Positions 36,071 to 46,164 of a DNA stretch of 50,998 bases are shown in pieces. The stretch spans positions 1 to 50,998 of IMG/VR virus record IMGVR_UViG_3300042517_001594. One strand, written 5' to 3'. Origin of the DNA: a virus. Lineage: Duplodnaviria > Caudoviricetes. The notes under the pieces are model-generated. The model was not told the DNA's origin. It saw only the letters and a list, made by a program, of their open reading frames with translations, and searched no databases. The position numbers and the translations under genes were made by a program. Each line of letters starts with the position of its first letter. The stretch's first letter is position 1.

Positions 36071-37276
36071 ATGCCCGGAAGCGCGCTGGTCAACCGTGTG
36101 GATTACGTGATTGCCGCCAACAAGGACGCCGCAGCGCCGCTGGCCGGAGCGTCGTGGATTCGGCTTCCCACCATTGGCCGCCAGCTGCTCAACAAGGAGC
36201 AACTGGACGACGGGGTGGAGGAGGACAACGAAATCGGCGCCTCCACGCCTCCGCAGCCCACGGTGAAGAAGGCCAGCTACTCCACGGCGGTGCGCCTCTG
36301 GGGCGGGGACAAGAAGTTCGGGGCCACCACGGACCCCACCTCCTGCTTCGCCCAGGGGTTGCTGGAAAACTACTTCGGCATGAGTGCTGACCTGGGGTTC
36401 GGCGGCACCACGGTGTCAGGCTCCAACACCGGCCAGGGGACCGTTGCCGCGCCGCTGGCGGTCACCCTGGCCAGCACCATCACGCCCGGCATGGGCATCC
36501 GGTACGGCCAGAAGGTCCGGTTTGTCCTGTCGAAAGCCACGAACAATCTGGTGCTGAACGCGGCGCTGGGCCTGCCCGTGGCGCCCACCAGCGGTGACGT
36601 GCTGGGCGCGTTCTACTTCCGCCCGACGCTGGGTGAGCGTGCCCAGGTCGTTGGGCTGCAGGTGAAGCGGGACACGCACAAGGACATGGCGTTCTACGGC
36701 GGTGTGTTCGGCCTGAAGCTGCAGAACATGGCGGCGGAGGGCGGCGCGCAGCTGGCCATGGACATGGAGTTCGACAAGTGGCTGGCACCGGTGGACATTG
36801 CGTCCCCGCAGGAAAACCAGTTCACGCACCACGCGCTGATGGTGAAGGGCGGAGACCTCATCATTGGGCAGGATGCGGCAGCCGCCAACCTCTGCTTCAG
36901 TGAAGCGTCCATTGATTTCGGCGTGTCGCGCGAGTGGATTGAGTGCAACGAGGGCGCCGGGGACAACGGACGCGACGGCATCCACATCACCGGTCAGCGG
37001 CCCACCGCCACGGCCAAGGTCTACTACCTGGCCGACCTGTGGACGAAGTACGAGGCCAAGACCGCCGTGCCCGTGATGTTCTCCATGGTACAGCCTGGTG
37101 GCGGCGCCGGATGGGTCGGCGTGTTCTTCCCGAACGCCACCATTGGCGTGAAGGAAGGAACCATCGGCAACAAGGAAAGCCTGGACCTCACGTTCACGGC
37201 GCACGAACCCACCGCCGCGCAGAAGGCCAACGGCATCACCGCCAGCGTCTACTTCTCCGTGGGCAGCGGCATCTGA
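36071..37276 (+). CDS. Major tail tube protein
   Basis: 401 aa beta-rich; precedes the chaperone and tape measure genes. Confidence 0.7.
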   Translation: MPGSALVNRVDYVIAANKDAAAPLAGASWIRLPTIGRQLLNKEQLDDGVEEDNEIGASTPPQPTVKKASYSTAVRLWGGDKKFGATTDPTSCFAQGLLENYFGMSADLGFGGTTVSGSNTGQGTVAAPLAVTLASTITPGMGIRYGQKVRFVLSKATNNLVLNAALGLPVAPTSGDVLGAFYFRPTLGERAQVVGLQVKRDTHKDMAFYGGVFGLKLQNMAAEGGAQLAMDMEFDKWLAPVDIASPQENQFTHHALMVKGGDLIIGQDAAAANLCFSEASIDFGVSREWIECNEGAGDNGRDGIHITGQRPTATAKVYYLADLWTKYEAKTAVPVMFSMVQPGGGAGWVGVFFPNATIGVKEGTIGNKESLDLTFTAHEPTAAQKANGITASVYFSVGSGI

Positions 37277-37288
37277 GCGGGGGCGGCC

Positions 37289-37861
37289 ATGGGCGCATTG
37301 TGGAACGAGACCCGCAAGACATCCATCACCAGCACGCTGCGGGGCAAGATTGCGGCGTATGAGCGCCGTCTCTCCAGTGAATCCGAGAAGGCGCTGGAGG
37401 AGGCGGAGCGCGTGGTGCTGGAGAAGGAAATCGAGCGACTCAAGAAGCGCGTGGCCAAGCGTGAGGGAGACCCGCAGTACACCGTCACCATGAAGCACGT
37501 GGGCTCGCTGGAGGACCCGCTGCTGTGGGACTCGCTGCTGTCCCGCCATGAATCCGCCGTGCACCTGTTGGTCTCCAAGGCGCGCCGGGAGCTGGTGGAG
37601 GAACACGGCTCCGCGGATGCCGCGGTGGCGGCGCTGGGTGGCCAGGACTTTGAGCGCGTGGCGGTGGTGCGCGCGACCCGCAGCCCGGAGCACCACCAGG
37701 TCTACGGCCAGCACGTGCGGGAGCTGGTGACCCACGGCCTGGTGGATGGGGAGAAGGAATACGAGCGGCTGTTCCAGCTCGGCGGGCCCAAGCTGTTGCT
37801 GCATGCCGCGGATGAGGTGCGGGCGTTCCAGGAGGTGGACTCGGAAATGGGGGAAGGCTGA
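37289..37861 (+). CDS. Tail assembly chaperone (gpG-like)
   Basis: Between tube and tape measure; ends at slippery GGGGGAA. Confidence 0.75.
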   Translation: MGALWNETRKTSITSTLRGKIAAYERRLSSESEKALEEAERVVLEKEIERLKKRVAKREGDPQYTVTMKHVGSLEDPLLWDSLLSRHESAVHLLVSKARRELVEEHGSADAAVAALGGQDFERVAVVRATRSPEHHQVYGQHVRELVTHGLVDGEKEYERLFQLGGPKLLLHAADEVRAFQEVDSEMGEG

Positions 37862-38208
37862 GGGCCTGGCTGTGGAAGAAGCCAGGCCTCTACTCCTGCA
37901 AGGACTGCATGCAGAACCCACGGCTCTTGGAACTCAACGGCATGTGCGGCGGCGTGGCGCCCGGGCGGCTGCCCATCCTGGTGGGTGACGCGGTGGACCG
38001 GTGCCCCACGGCCATGGGGATGCAGGACCCGGAGGTGCTGCGCGCGGCCAATGCCCTGGCGCGCGCGGGCATTGACCCCAAGGGCAACCCGGGCGTGGTG
38101 GAAGGGCTGCTGGGGGATGACGTTGGTTTGACGCTGCCGCCGCGCTGGCGGGCCATGTGGAAGCTGTCCCGCGTCTGGCGCGCGGCATTCCTCGCGGGGG
38201 CCGAATGA
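37849..38208 (+). CDS. -1 frameshift extension of the tail chaperone (gpT-like part of G-T)
   Basis: G GGG GAA at 37849-37855; the -1 frame is open (RLRAWLWKKPGLYSCKDCMQNP...) to 38208. Confidence 0.75.
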   Translation, partial: GGRLRAWLWKKPGLYSCKDCMQNPRLLELNGMCGGVAPGRLPILVGDAVDRCPTAMGMQDPEVLRAANALARAGIDPKGNPGVVEGLLGDDVGLTLPPRWRAMWKLSRVWRAAFLAGAE

Positions 38209-40259
38209 GCACCATCCCGACGGTGTATGCCATTGAGGTGGACGGGGCCGACGACGCCCTGCGCGCTTTCCAGTCCGTGGATGGCGCGCTGAAGAACAAC
38301 GCCACCACCGCAAGCGGCGCTGCTGACGCATTCAAGAAGACCTCCGATGAAATCTCGGACGGCTTTAAGAAGGCCAAGAATGACGCGGGCGTCCTGGGCA
38401 GCACGGTCGCATCTGTCCTGGGCGGCGCCGTGGATGACCTTGCAGGGATGGCGGCTGCCATTGCGGGCGGCGGCGTGGGCGCAGCGGCGGGCAGCATTGT
38501 CGGCGCCCTCGCCCTCGCCACAAGGGCCTGGGAGGTCTACCGCACCGAGCAGGGGCGCGCGCGCAAACAGGCTGAGGAAGTGGCGGCCGCGGTGGATGCG
38601 GTGCTGGCGGGGCTTCAGGGAATGGCGCAGGGGTCGGCCGACCCGTTCAGCGACAAGAGCGCGCAGCAGCTCCGGGACATGGCCACCGCGCAGGGCAAGG
38701 TTGTCCAGGCCATCGAGATTGAAATCGAGAAGCAGCGCGAACTGAAGCGCATTGCTGAAGAGCGCCTGAACTCGGTGTCGTTCCGCTTGATGGCAATGCC
38801 TGATGACGTGGCCAAGGTCATCATGGAGATTGAGCGCGCGGAGCGTGCGGCCAGCGAAACCATGGGCCGGCTGTACAACCAGCGCTCCATCCTGCGGGCC
38901 ACCCAGGAAGCAGAGCTTCAGAAATCCTTTGTTGAGCAGGTGGACCTGGACGACAAGGCCGCGAAGGACAAGGAGGCCAAGGACAAGGCCGCAGCAGAAG
39001 AGGCCAAGCGCAAGGCTGCTGAGCGGAAGCGCCTGGCCGACGACGAGTTCAAGCACACCGCGCAGCTGGAGCTGACGCGCGTCCAGATTGCGAACGCCAC
39101 CGCGGAGGCGCGCGCCAAGAAGGCGCGGGAACTGAGCGCGGTGCTGGCCAGCCTTGAGATGGCCGACTTCAACCGGATTGTGGCGCGCAATGAACAGATA
39201 GAGCGCGACGTCCTGGCTGTGGAGGCCCGGGCGTCGGGTGACCGCCGCACCGCCCTGCGGGAAGACCTGGACTTTGAGCAGGCCGTGCAGCGCCAGAAGC
39301 TGGACTCGGAGCAGAACGTCAGCGTGGAACGCACGGCCATCCTCCGGCGTTCCCAGGATGCGAACTGGGCGGCGCTGGAGCGGCGCCTTGCAGCCGAGGA
39401 GCGCGCCGAGCGGGCGTCCGCCATGCGCAGGGCGGGCACCGCGGACAACGTGATTGCCGAGACCCTGAAGCTGGATGAGGAGGCCACCGAGCGCCGCATC
39501 CAGAACCGTCAGCGGGAGACGGAAGCTGCGGTGGACGCCCTGCATCGCCAGGAGGCGGCGGCGCGGCGCACGGCGGTCACCAACACCATCCTGGAAGCAT
39601 CCCTGTACGCGTACGGCGCGGCGGTGGATGCGGTCATGCCCATTGTGGATGACTTTGCGTCCAGCGTCCGCACGCTGGGTGAGCTGAACCGCGAGAACTG
39701 GCAGCAGTACCTCATTGAAACGGACCAGCTGCCGGCGCTGGTGGCGGCTCGCATCCAGGCGTTTGCCGCGGCCTTGGCAGCGGAGGCCTTCAAGAAGAGC
39801 GCCATGGAAGCAGCCAACGCGGGTGCAGACGTGGCCGCCGCTGCCACGTCCTACGCGCGCTACGACACTGTGGCGGGCTCCATGTATTTGATTTCCGCAG
39901 GCAAGCACGCGGCGGCGGCGGCGGGCTACGCGGCGCTCGGCGGTGGCGCAGCTGCGGGCGCGGTGGGCCTTGGTCTGGCGCGTCCGCTCACGCGTGACGA
40001 GCAGGACCGTGCGCGCGCCGATGACGACCGGGGCGACCGCGGGTCGGAGGGTTCCCGCGGCGGAGGCGGCGGCCGCACCGGCCGGAACAGCATGGGTGGC
40101 GGCGGCGGTGGTGACGGGACGTTCAGCGTCCAGGTCATCACCAACAACAGCGGCGTGAACATCCAGCCACGCAACGCGCGTGAAGCCGCGCGGCCGGTGG
40201 CGGCCGCCATGCGTGCGGCCCGCCAGAGCACGTATCTGCAGCGGCAGATGGGAGGCTGA
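38205..40259 (+). CDS. Tape measure protein
   Basis: 684 aa Ala-rich helical protein after G-T; Gly-rich C-terminus. Confidence 0.85.
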   Translation: MSTIPTVYAIEVDGADDALRAFQSVDGALKNNATTASGAADAFKKTSDEISDGFKKAKNDAGVLGSTVASVLGGAVDDLAGMAAAIAGGGVGAAAGSIVGALALATRAWEVYRTEQGRARKQAEEVAAAVDAVLAGLQGMAQGSADPFSDKSAQQLRDMATAQGKVVQAIEIEIEKQRELKRIAEERLNSVSFRLMAMPDDVAKVIMEIERAERAASETMGRLYNQRSILRATQEAELQKSFVEQVDLDDKAAKDKEAKDKAAAEEAKRKAAERKRLADDEFKHTAQLELTRVQIANATAEARAKKARELSAVLASLEMADFNRIVARNEQIERDVLAVEARASGDRRTALREDLDFEQAVQRQKLDSEQNVSVERTAILRRSQDANWAALERRLAAEERAERASAMRRAGTADNVIAETLKLDEEATERRIQNRQRETEAAVDALHRQEAAARRTAVTNTILEASLYAYGAAVDAVMPIVDDFASSVRTLGELNRENWQQYLIETDQLPALVAARIQAFAAALAAEAFKKSAMEAANAGADVAAAATSYARYDTVAGSMYLISAGKHAAAAAGYAALGGGAAAGAVGLGLARPLTRDEQDRARADDDRGDRGSEGSRGGGGGRTGRNSMGGGGGGDGTFSVQVITNNSGVNIQPRNAREAARPVAAAMRAARQSTYLQRQMGG

Positions 40260-40261
40260 CC

Positions 40262-41290
40262 ATGGGATACCCCGTCTTCTGCGCCAGCCACACGGTGCGC
40301 GGCACATGCAACGTGGGGATGGTGGATGGCAGTGGCGTCAACATCCAGGTGAACATTCCGGAAGGCATCTACTGGACGGATTCCAGGGTCGGCGCCATCA
40401 AGGCCGCGGACTCCACGGACCTGCTCGGGCGGTTCGCCTACCTCTTTGAGCTTGCGGACACGCTGTACACGTACACCGCCACCTACAACAGCTTTGTGGC
40501 GGGCATTGCCGCTGCGCTGTGGGATTGCGGTGTAGCCGGCGCAGCGAAGTTCCGTCCCTCAGGTGCGAACGCGGAGGGCTCGCGCGCCTACAAGCGCCTG
40601 GGCGCGCCACCGCTGCGCACGTCTTCGGCCATGGCTCCATCCCTGGATGGCGGGGTTATCCACGGGGTGTGGTCACCGGGTGACCGCAAAGAACGCACAG
40701 CGTCACGGCCACCGAAGCGTCCCAACGTCGGCGCGGTGATGAATGGTTTCAACGGGCAGGCATGGCCATGGTCCCTCGGTGAAGAGCCGGGCAACCGCCT
40801 CATGGAAATGCGCCACGTGGACCGCATCTACGCGCGCAACGAGACCGGGCTCATCAACAACGGCACCGACTCCGACACGGACTTCACGTTCGAGTCGGTG
40901 ATGTGGCCGTTCCTGCGCCGCGGGGAAATGGTCCGCGTCTACGACTCGGAAGCCACGGTGCGGTACCTGACCGCGGCCCTCACGGACGTTGCAGTGGTCG
41001 CGTCGGTCAACAGCGGCACCGGCATCACCAACGGCGCCGCCATCTGGATTGATGGCGAGGCGGTGCAGGTGGTGAGCGGCGGCGGCAGCACCACGCTACA
41101 GATTGAGCGCCCCAACCCGCTGCCGCACAACAAATACAGCCCGGTCAGCACCAAACACATGGCCACCTACGTGCTGGCCCCGGACGGCGGCAACATCAAC
41201 CTGATGGAGTTTGACCCACCGCGGATGGCGTACAACCAACCCACGTACAACATGATGCTTTCGCTGCGCCGCACCGAGTGGGAGGCGTGA
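40262..41290 (+). CDS. Putative distal tail protein
   Basis: First gene after the tape measure. Confidence 0.55.
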   Translation: MGYPVFCASHTVRGTCNVGMVDGSGVNIQVNIPEGIYWTDSRVGAIKAADSTDLLGRFAYLFELADTLYTYTATYNSFVAGIAAALWDCGVAGAAKFRPSGANAEGSRAYKRLGAPPLRTSSAMAPSLDGGVIHGVWSPGDRKERTASRPPKRPNVGAVMNGFNGQAWPWSLGEEPGNRLMEMRHVDRIYARNETGLINNGTDSDTDFTFESVMWPFLRRGEMVRVYDSEATVRYLTAALTDVAVVASVNSGTGITNGAAIWIDGEAVQVVSGGGSTTLQIERPNPLPHNKYSPVSTKHMATYVLAPDGGNINLMEFDPPRMAYNQPTYNMMLSLRRTEWEA

Positions 41291-41294
41291 GCCC

Positions 41295-43646
41295 ATGACG
41301 TACCAGACCGCCATTGACGCTGGGCTCAGCATGGCCGACCTGGAAGCCACGCTGTTGATTGACGGCATCCCGCTCCTGTTCGGCACCAACAGCAAGCAAG
41401 TGCTGGACACCAGCACCACGTTTCTGAACGGCCCCGCCAGCCTGACCAGCATCAACGCCCTGGTGAAAGACAGCATCAAGCCGGAGGGCTCGGAGCTCGA
41501 CTACGACCAGATGATTGTGGGGCCCTCTGGGTTGTCGCTGTCCATCCGGTCCACGCCCACCATTGACCGCTACTTTGAGCGCCGCCGCACGCCACGCACG
41601 CGGCTGACCGCCGCCATCACCAACGCGGACACCACGCTGAACGTGCAGAACACGTCGGGCTTCAGCGCGGGTCGGGTGGTCTACGTGGACCGCGAATGCA
41701 TCCTGGTGGGCGGACTCGGCACCAACACGCTGACCACCGTGACGCGCCGTTACGCCGCGCTCGCCGTGAGCCAGGCGCCGCAGGCGCATCAGGATGGCGC
41801 GTTTGTGCAGGGCTCACCCACGCATTTGCGCGGCCGGGTGGCGGAGCTGCGCTTCCACGTGAGCGACCAGAGCCGCCTGGTGGGCCGGTACGTCCTGGAC
41901 AGCTACTCCTTCAATGGCGTGAACGGAACGTGGGACCTGCAGTTTGCCGACGCCATGCACATGGTCCTGGAGCGTCCGCTGGCCACCGGGATGGACGGCA
42001 TCCGCGTCCAGGCCATTGGCGTCACGGCCAGCAGCGACACACCGTCGCAACCGCTCCTGAAGCTCACGTTGGCGGGGGACTGGCAGTGGCTGCCCACCAC
42101 GCTCACCGGTGGGCTGCGTGTTGTCATTACGCTGGGGGAAGACGTCAACGACGGCAAGCCCATCATCACGCCGGTGGTGAGCATCAACGGCACGGGAGAC
42201 CTGTTCATCAAGCACGATGCCATCACCGCGTGGCTCGGGGATGCGGTGAGCGGTGGTGCAACCGGCACCACCGACCCAACCGGCCCCCTTGGACGAGACT
42301 TCTCCGTGGACGGCATCTCATGCCGCCTCTGCTACGTGCTCAACGGCCCACCGATGCGGGACCTGCTGCGGGTGCTGCTGTCCGACCGCGGCAACGGTGA
42401 CAACAACGCCACGTATGACGTCCTCTTCGGCACATCCACCAGTGGCGCCACGGTCACCACGGTTTCTGATGGCGCGCTGGACCGCCGCTTTGGTGCGGGC
42501 ATCCGCGCCGCCATGGTGGACCTGACGACGCTGGCCAACGACGACCTGCTGGCAGAGCAAGGCCTCGGCTGGTCCTACCTGCTGGATTCCACAAGGCAGG
42601 CCAAGGTGATTGACCTGCTGACGGAGGTGGGCATCCAGCTGGGCGGGTTCTTCTTCCTGAATGCGGATGGAAAGCTCAGCTTCAAGCGGCTGTCCGGCCT
42701 GTACGCGAGCCCGTCCGTGGTTGCGCGAATCCCGCAGGAACACGTGGACCTCAACGAGTCCCACGTGTCGGTGGATGATGAGTCTCTGGCGGTGCATTCC
42801 ATCATCATCGAGTGCAACAGCGACCCATTGACGGACAAGCTGATGGGCAAGGTCGTCATCCGGGACATGCGGATGTACGAGACCTTCCGTGATTCCGCGT
42901 CGGCAGTGACATGGAAGCTCAAGGGCCTGGTGGTGGATGTGCCGCAGCAGAATGGCGGCCAGTCCGCGGTGACCACGGGCAGCATGCCGGCCATCTACGA
43001 AGAGCTGGTGGCGCGGTTCGACAAGATTGTGCACCGGCGCATGGTGGGCGTGCCGGCCTACACGCTCACACTCCCCTTCCGGTACCACACGCTGATTCCC
43101 GGGGACGTCATTGCGGTGACCTGCGAGGCGCTGCGTACGTTCGCTGGCGGCACGCTGAACAACACCCCGTTGGAGGTGGTGAGCGTTTCCGGCATTGACC
43201 TGGAGTCCGGCACCGTCACCATCACCGCGCACGGCACGTGGGCGGCGAAGCCGGTGAGCCCATCCAGCGTGGTGCAGTCCTGGGCAGGTGGCCCACCGCA
43301 GGTCATCACGCTGGCGACCAACCACCGGTACGGCGGCGGCGCTTCACCGGGCGACTACTGGCCCGCGGGCTGGAAGGTGCGCCTCCTGGACAAGTCCGCG
43401 GACCCGCCGTTCTCCGTGGCGTCCGGTGTCCTCACGGTCACCGCAAAGACGGCCACCACGGTCACCGTGACGGGCACGGTCGGATTCACGCCCGTCAGCG
43501 GGGACATCCTGGTGCAGGCCCAATACGACAACGCAGACAGCACCGTGCAGAACACCGCGGGGCTTGCGCAGCGAGACTACGCTTTCCAGGCGGACACAGG
43601 TGGGCGACTGGGAACCGTCAACAACGACGCAGACACCTGGGGTTGA
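41295..43646 (+). CDS. Putative tail tip / baseplate hub protein
   Basis: 783 aa beta-rich; FFLNADGKLSFKRL hub-like segment. Confidence 0.65.
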   Translation: MTYQTAIDAGLSMADLEATLLIDGIPLLFGTNSKQVLDTSTTFLNGPASLTSINALVKDSIKPEGSELDYDQMIVGPSGLSLSIRSTPTIDRYFERRRTPRTRLTAAITNADTTLNVQNTSGFSAGRVVYVDRECILVGGLGTNTLTTVTRRYAALAVSQAPQAHQDGAFVQGSPTHLRGRVAELRFHVSDQSRLVGRYVLDSYSFNGVNGTWDLQFADAMHMVLERPLATGMDGIRVQAIGVTASSDTPSQPLLKLTLAGDWQWLPTTLTGGLRVVITLGEDVNDGKPIITPVVSINGTGDLFIKHDAITAWLGDAVSGGATGTTDPTGPLGRDFSVDGISCRLCYVLNGPPMRDLLRVLLSDRGNGDNNATYDVLFGTSTSGATVTTVSDGALDRRFGAGIRAAMVDLTTLANDDLLAEQGLGWSYLLDSTRQAKVIDLLTEVGIQLGGFFFLNADGKLSFKRLSGLYASPSVVARIPQEHVDLNESHVSVDDESLAVHSIIIECNSDPLTDKLMGKVVIRDMRMYETFRDSASAVTWKLKGLVVDVPQQNGGQSAVTTGSMPAIYEELVARFDKIVHRRMVGVPAYTLTLPFRYHTLIPGDVIAVTCEALRTFAGGTLNNTPLEVVSVSGIDLESGTVTITAHGTWAAKPVSPSSVVQSWAGGPPQVITLATNHRYGGGASPGDYWPAGWKVRLLDKSADPPFSVASGVLTVTAKTATTVTVTGTVGFTPVSGDILVQAQYDNADSTVQNTAGLAQRDYAFQADTGGRLGTVNNDADTWG

Positions 43647-43649
43647 ACC

Positions 43650-45059
43650 ATGACGGTGCAGGTTGGGCTGGACTTCCGCGGTGTGCTCGCCTCGCTCTTG
43701 CGCATCGGAGAGAACGTTGAGGCATCCGTGCTGCGCGGCATCCTCGCAGACATGGGGTACATCCAGGAGCGCCTGTCTGGCCTCAGCGCGGCACGCGTGG
43801 GGGACGTCCCCGCCAACGCGCAGCATGAGCACATTGAAGCGGGCAACCGCATGGTGCGCCAGATTGCGTCCTGGATGTACGGGACGCGCGGCCCCAATTC
43901 ATCCCTGGATGCGCTGAACGGAGCGAGCCTCGCGTACGCTGCGCCCTTCTCCATCCAGGAGACAGACTCGACGACGGCCACCGACGGCATCCCGTGCATG
44001 GCCCCGCTTTTCTTCTTGGCTCCGGCCACCGTTGGTTACGACACGCTGTTCCTGTTGGACTGCAACGGTGACCCAGGAATGACGGTCACGCTGCGCACCG
44101 AGGCCGGCGCGGCGGTGGCGGGCTACGTGAACGTCCCGTTGGTGGCTCCGCTGAACCTGGGCAACCAGACCGCGGACATCTTCATGCTGGAGAGCGGCAT
44201 CCAGAATCCGTGGGGCATGTTGTTCCGCGTGGCCACCGCGGGGCTCTACTGGCTGGACGTCAAGACCACCCTGCGCCCCGGCAACAGCCTGCGTGAGGTG
44301 TACGCCGGCCTCATCGTCCAGGTGGTGGACCGCAACCGCGGCGGCGCTGACGAGCTGCAGTGGGTGGCGCCGCCGGCAGCGTCCAACCTCGCCACGGTGG
44401 GCGACCCGGGCGCATCCAACGCCTACCAGATTGTGGATGACATCCTGGCGCCCTCGGGTGGTGACGCGGCCCTGCACGCGGCGCTGCTGTCCATGCTGGC
44501 GGAGAACGTCAACCGGATGATTGAGCAGGCCACCGGCAGGCCATGTCCGGGCAACGTCACGCTCACCGTGCCTGGGCACGCGCACACCGGTGCGGCCGGG
44601 AGCGGCCCGGAGATTGAGTGGCCGCACGTGGTGCTTGTCACCAGCGGCTTCTATGACCGCACGCCCACGGAGGCTTACGGGCAGCACGTGCTGGCGCCCA
44701 ACAGCAGCAACAACACCACGCTGCGAACCATCGCGGTGGGGCGCACGTTCATGCCCAACTCGGTCAACAGCGCGCTGGCCAACAGCAAGCTCAAAGTGGC
44801 GCTGCTGGTCTTCTGCGAGACCGGCAAAGGCAACCGCGCGGAGGCCAACGCAGAGTTCGGCGCCACGGTGCTGACGTTCCGGGGCACCGCGGGCGGGGCT
44901 GCGTTGCCGGAGGTGCTGAAGGTCCCAACCGCTGGGGCCAATGCGTTTGAATACACACCGAACGCGGCCAACGGGTGGTCGGTGTCGCAGAAGAGTGCCA
45001 CCGCTGGCAGCGCGGGCCGCACTTCGGTGCTGTCTGCCTGCTTCTACCTGGACAGGTGA
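43650..45059 (+). CDS. Minor tail protein (PGHAHTG motif)
   Basis: Tail module position; HxH motif. Confidence 0.6.
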   Translation: MTVQVGLDFRGVLASLLRIGENVEASVLRGILADMGYIQERLSGLSAARVGDVPANAQHEHIEAGNRMVRQIASWMYGTRGPNSSLDALNGASLAYAAPFSIQETDSTTATDGIPCMAPLFFLAPATVGYDTLFLLDCNGDPGMTVTLRTEAGAAVAGYVNVPLVAPLNLGNQTADIFMLESGIQNPWGMLFRVATAGLYWLDVKTTLRPGNSLREVYAGLIVQVVDRNRGGADELQWVAPPAASNLATVGDPGASNAYQIVDDILAPSGGDAALHAALLSMLAENVNRMIEQATGRPCPGNVTLTVPGHAHTGAAGSGPEIEWPHVVLVTSGFYDRTPTEAYGQHVLAPNSSNNTTLRTIAVGRTFMPNSVNSALANSKLKVALLVFCETGKGNRAEANAEFGATVLTFRGTAGGAALPEVLKVPTAGANAFEYTPNAANGWSVSQKSATAGSAGRTSVLSACFYLDR

Positions 45060-45065
45060 ACAACG

Positions 45066-45755
45066 ATGGCCGGCGAAATCATCAGCGGTTCGAGAACCCT
45101 GCGCACGCTTCTGCCCCAGAACGTGCGGAGCAATGCGGCTGCCGAGGGCTACACGCTGGACAAGATTGCGGGGAACCTCCGCTGGCTGCGTGAGTACATT
45201 GATGGGGACAACGAATCCTCGGACTGGGGCATCATCAACCCGTGCGCTCCGCCCACGCCGCTCAACGGCAACATGCTGCCGGGCCACGACCACAGCGGCG
45301 GCATCATGGGCGTGCCCCAGAAGCACACCGTGTGGCAGCACGCGTGGGGTGACCAGGTCAACACGGCCATTGTGAACCACGAAGCGCCGCGCGCCACCGA
45401 GCCCATTGGGAGCAACCCATGGTGGGTGGTGAAAAGCCCCATGGGTCCCGCCTGGGTCCCGCCCGGCGCCATCTACCGGGCGCTGCAGCCCACCGTGACC
45501 ATCCGCGTCGTCACCGCCTCATGCACCGTGGAGGTCACGGCGGAGCGCAACGGCGCCAGCGTTCTGACGTCCGGGACGTACGCCGTCGGCCAACATACGA
45601 TTTCGCTGGGCATGCTCCCGTTCACCCCGGGCGCCTTCAACCAGTGGAACCTTGAAGTGCTGGTGGCGACCTGGGGCACCGGGGCGTTCGTCTACCTGCT
45701 GCACCACGGCATCCACCAGATTCACGACAACCCCGCGCCCACCATCACCATCTGA
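45066..45755 (+). CDS. Minor tail protein (PGHDHSG motif)
   Basis: Tail module position; HxH motif. Confidence 0.6.
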   Translation: MAGEIISGSRTLRTLLPQNVRSNAAAEGYTLDKIAGNLRWLREYIDGDNESSDWGIINPCAPPTPLNGNMLPGHDHSGGIMGVPQKHTVWQHAWGDQVNTAIVNHEAPRATEPIGSNPWWVVKSPMGPAWVPPGAIYRALQPTVTIRVVTASCTVEVTAERNGASVLTSGTYAVGQHTISLGMLPFTPGAFNQWNLEVLVATWGTGAFVYLLHHGIHQIHDNPAPTITI

Positions 45756-45762
45756 GGACACC

Positions 45763-46164
45763 ATGCCCGGACTCAGCAGCACCGTTCGCAACGCACGCAT
45801 GACAGCCCTCAGAGACGCCATTGATGGTGGCGCGGGCCCCGGCGTGTTCCGGTTCTACACAGGCTCACGGCCTGCCACCGGCGGGACGGCAACCACACTG
45901 CTGGCGGAGGTCACGTGTTCGGACCCGTGCGGGGCCGTGGCCAGCGGGGTGCTCACGTTCTCCGCGTTCACGCAGGACGCATCCGCCAACGCAACGGGTA
46001 CCGCTGTGTGGTGCCGCGTCACGGATTCCGCCGGGACGTTCGTGGGCGACTTCTCCGTGACCGCCACGGGTGGCGGCGGGGAAATCACGCTGAGCACCAC
46101 CAGCATCGTCACCGGCCAACCCGTGCAAATCACGTCCCTCACCATCACGGAAGGAAACCCATGA
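45763..46164 (+). CDS. Small phage tail protein
   Basis: YTGSRPAT...TLLA...ANATGTA.W.R...G.V...L.TTSIV.G..V.ITS.TIT pattern recalled from tail modules. Confidence 0.75.
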   Translation: MPGLSSTVRNARMTALRDAIDGGAGPGVFRFYTGSRPATGGTATTLLAEVTCSDPCGAVASGVLTFSAFTQDASANATGTAVWCRVTDSAGTFVGDFSVTATGGGGEITLSTTSIVTGQPVQITSLTITEGNP

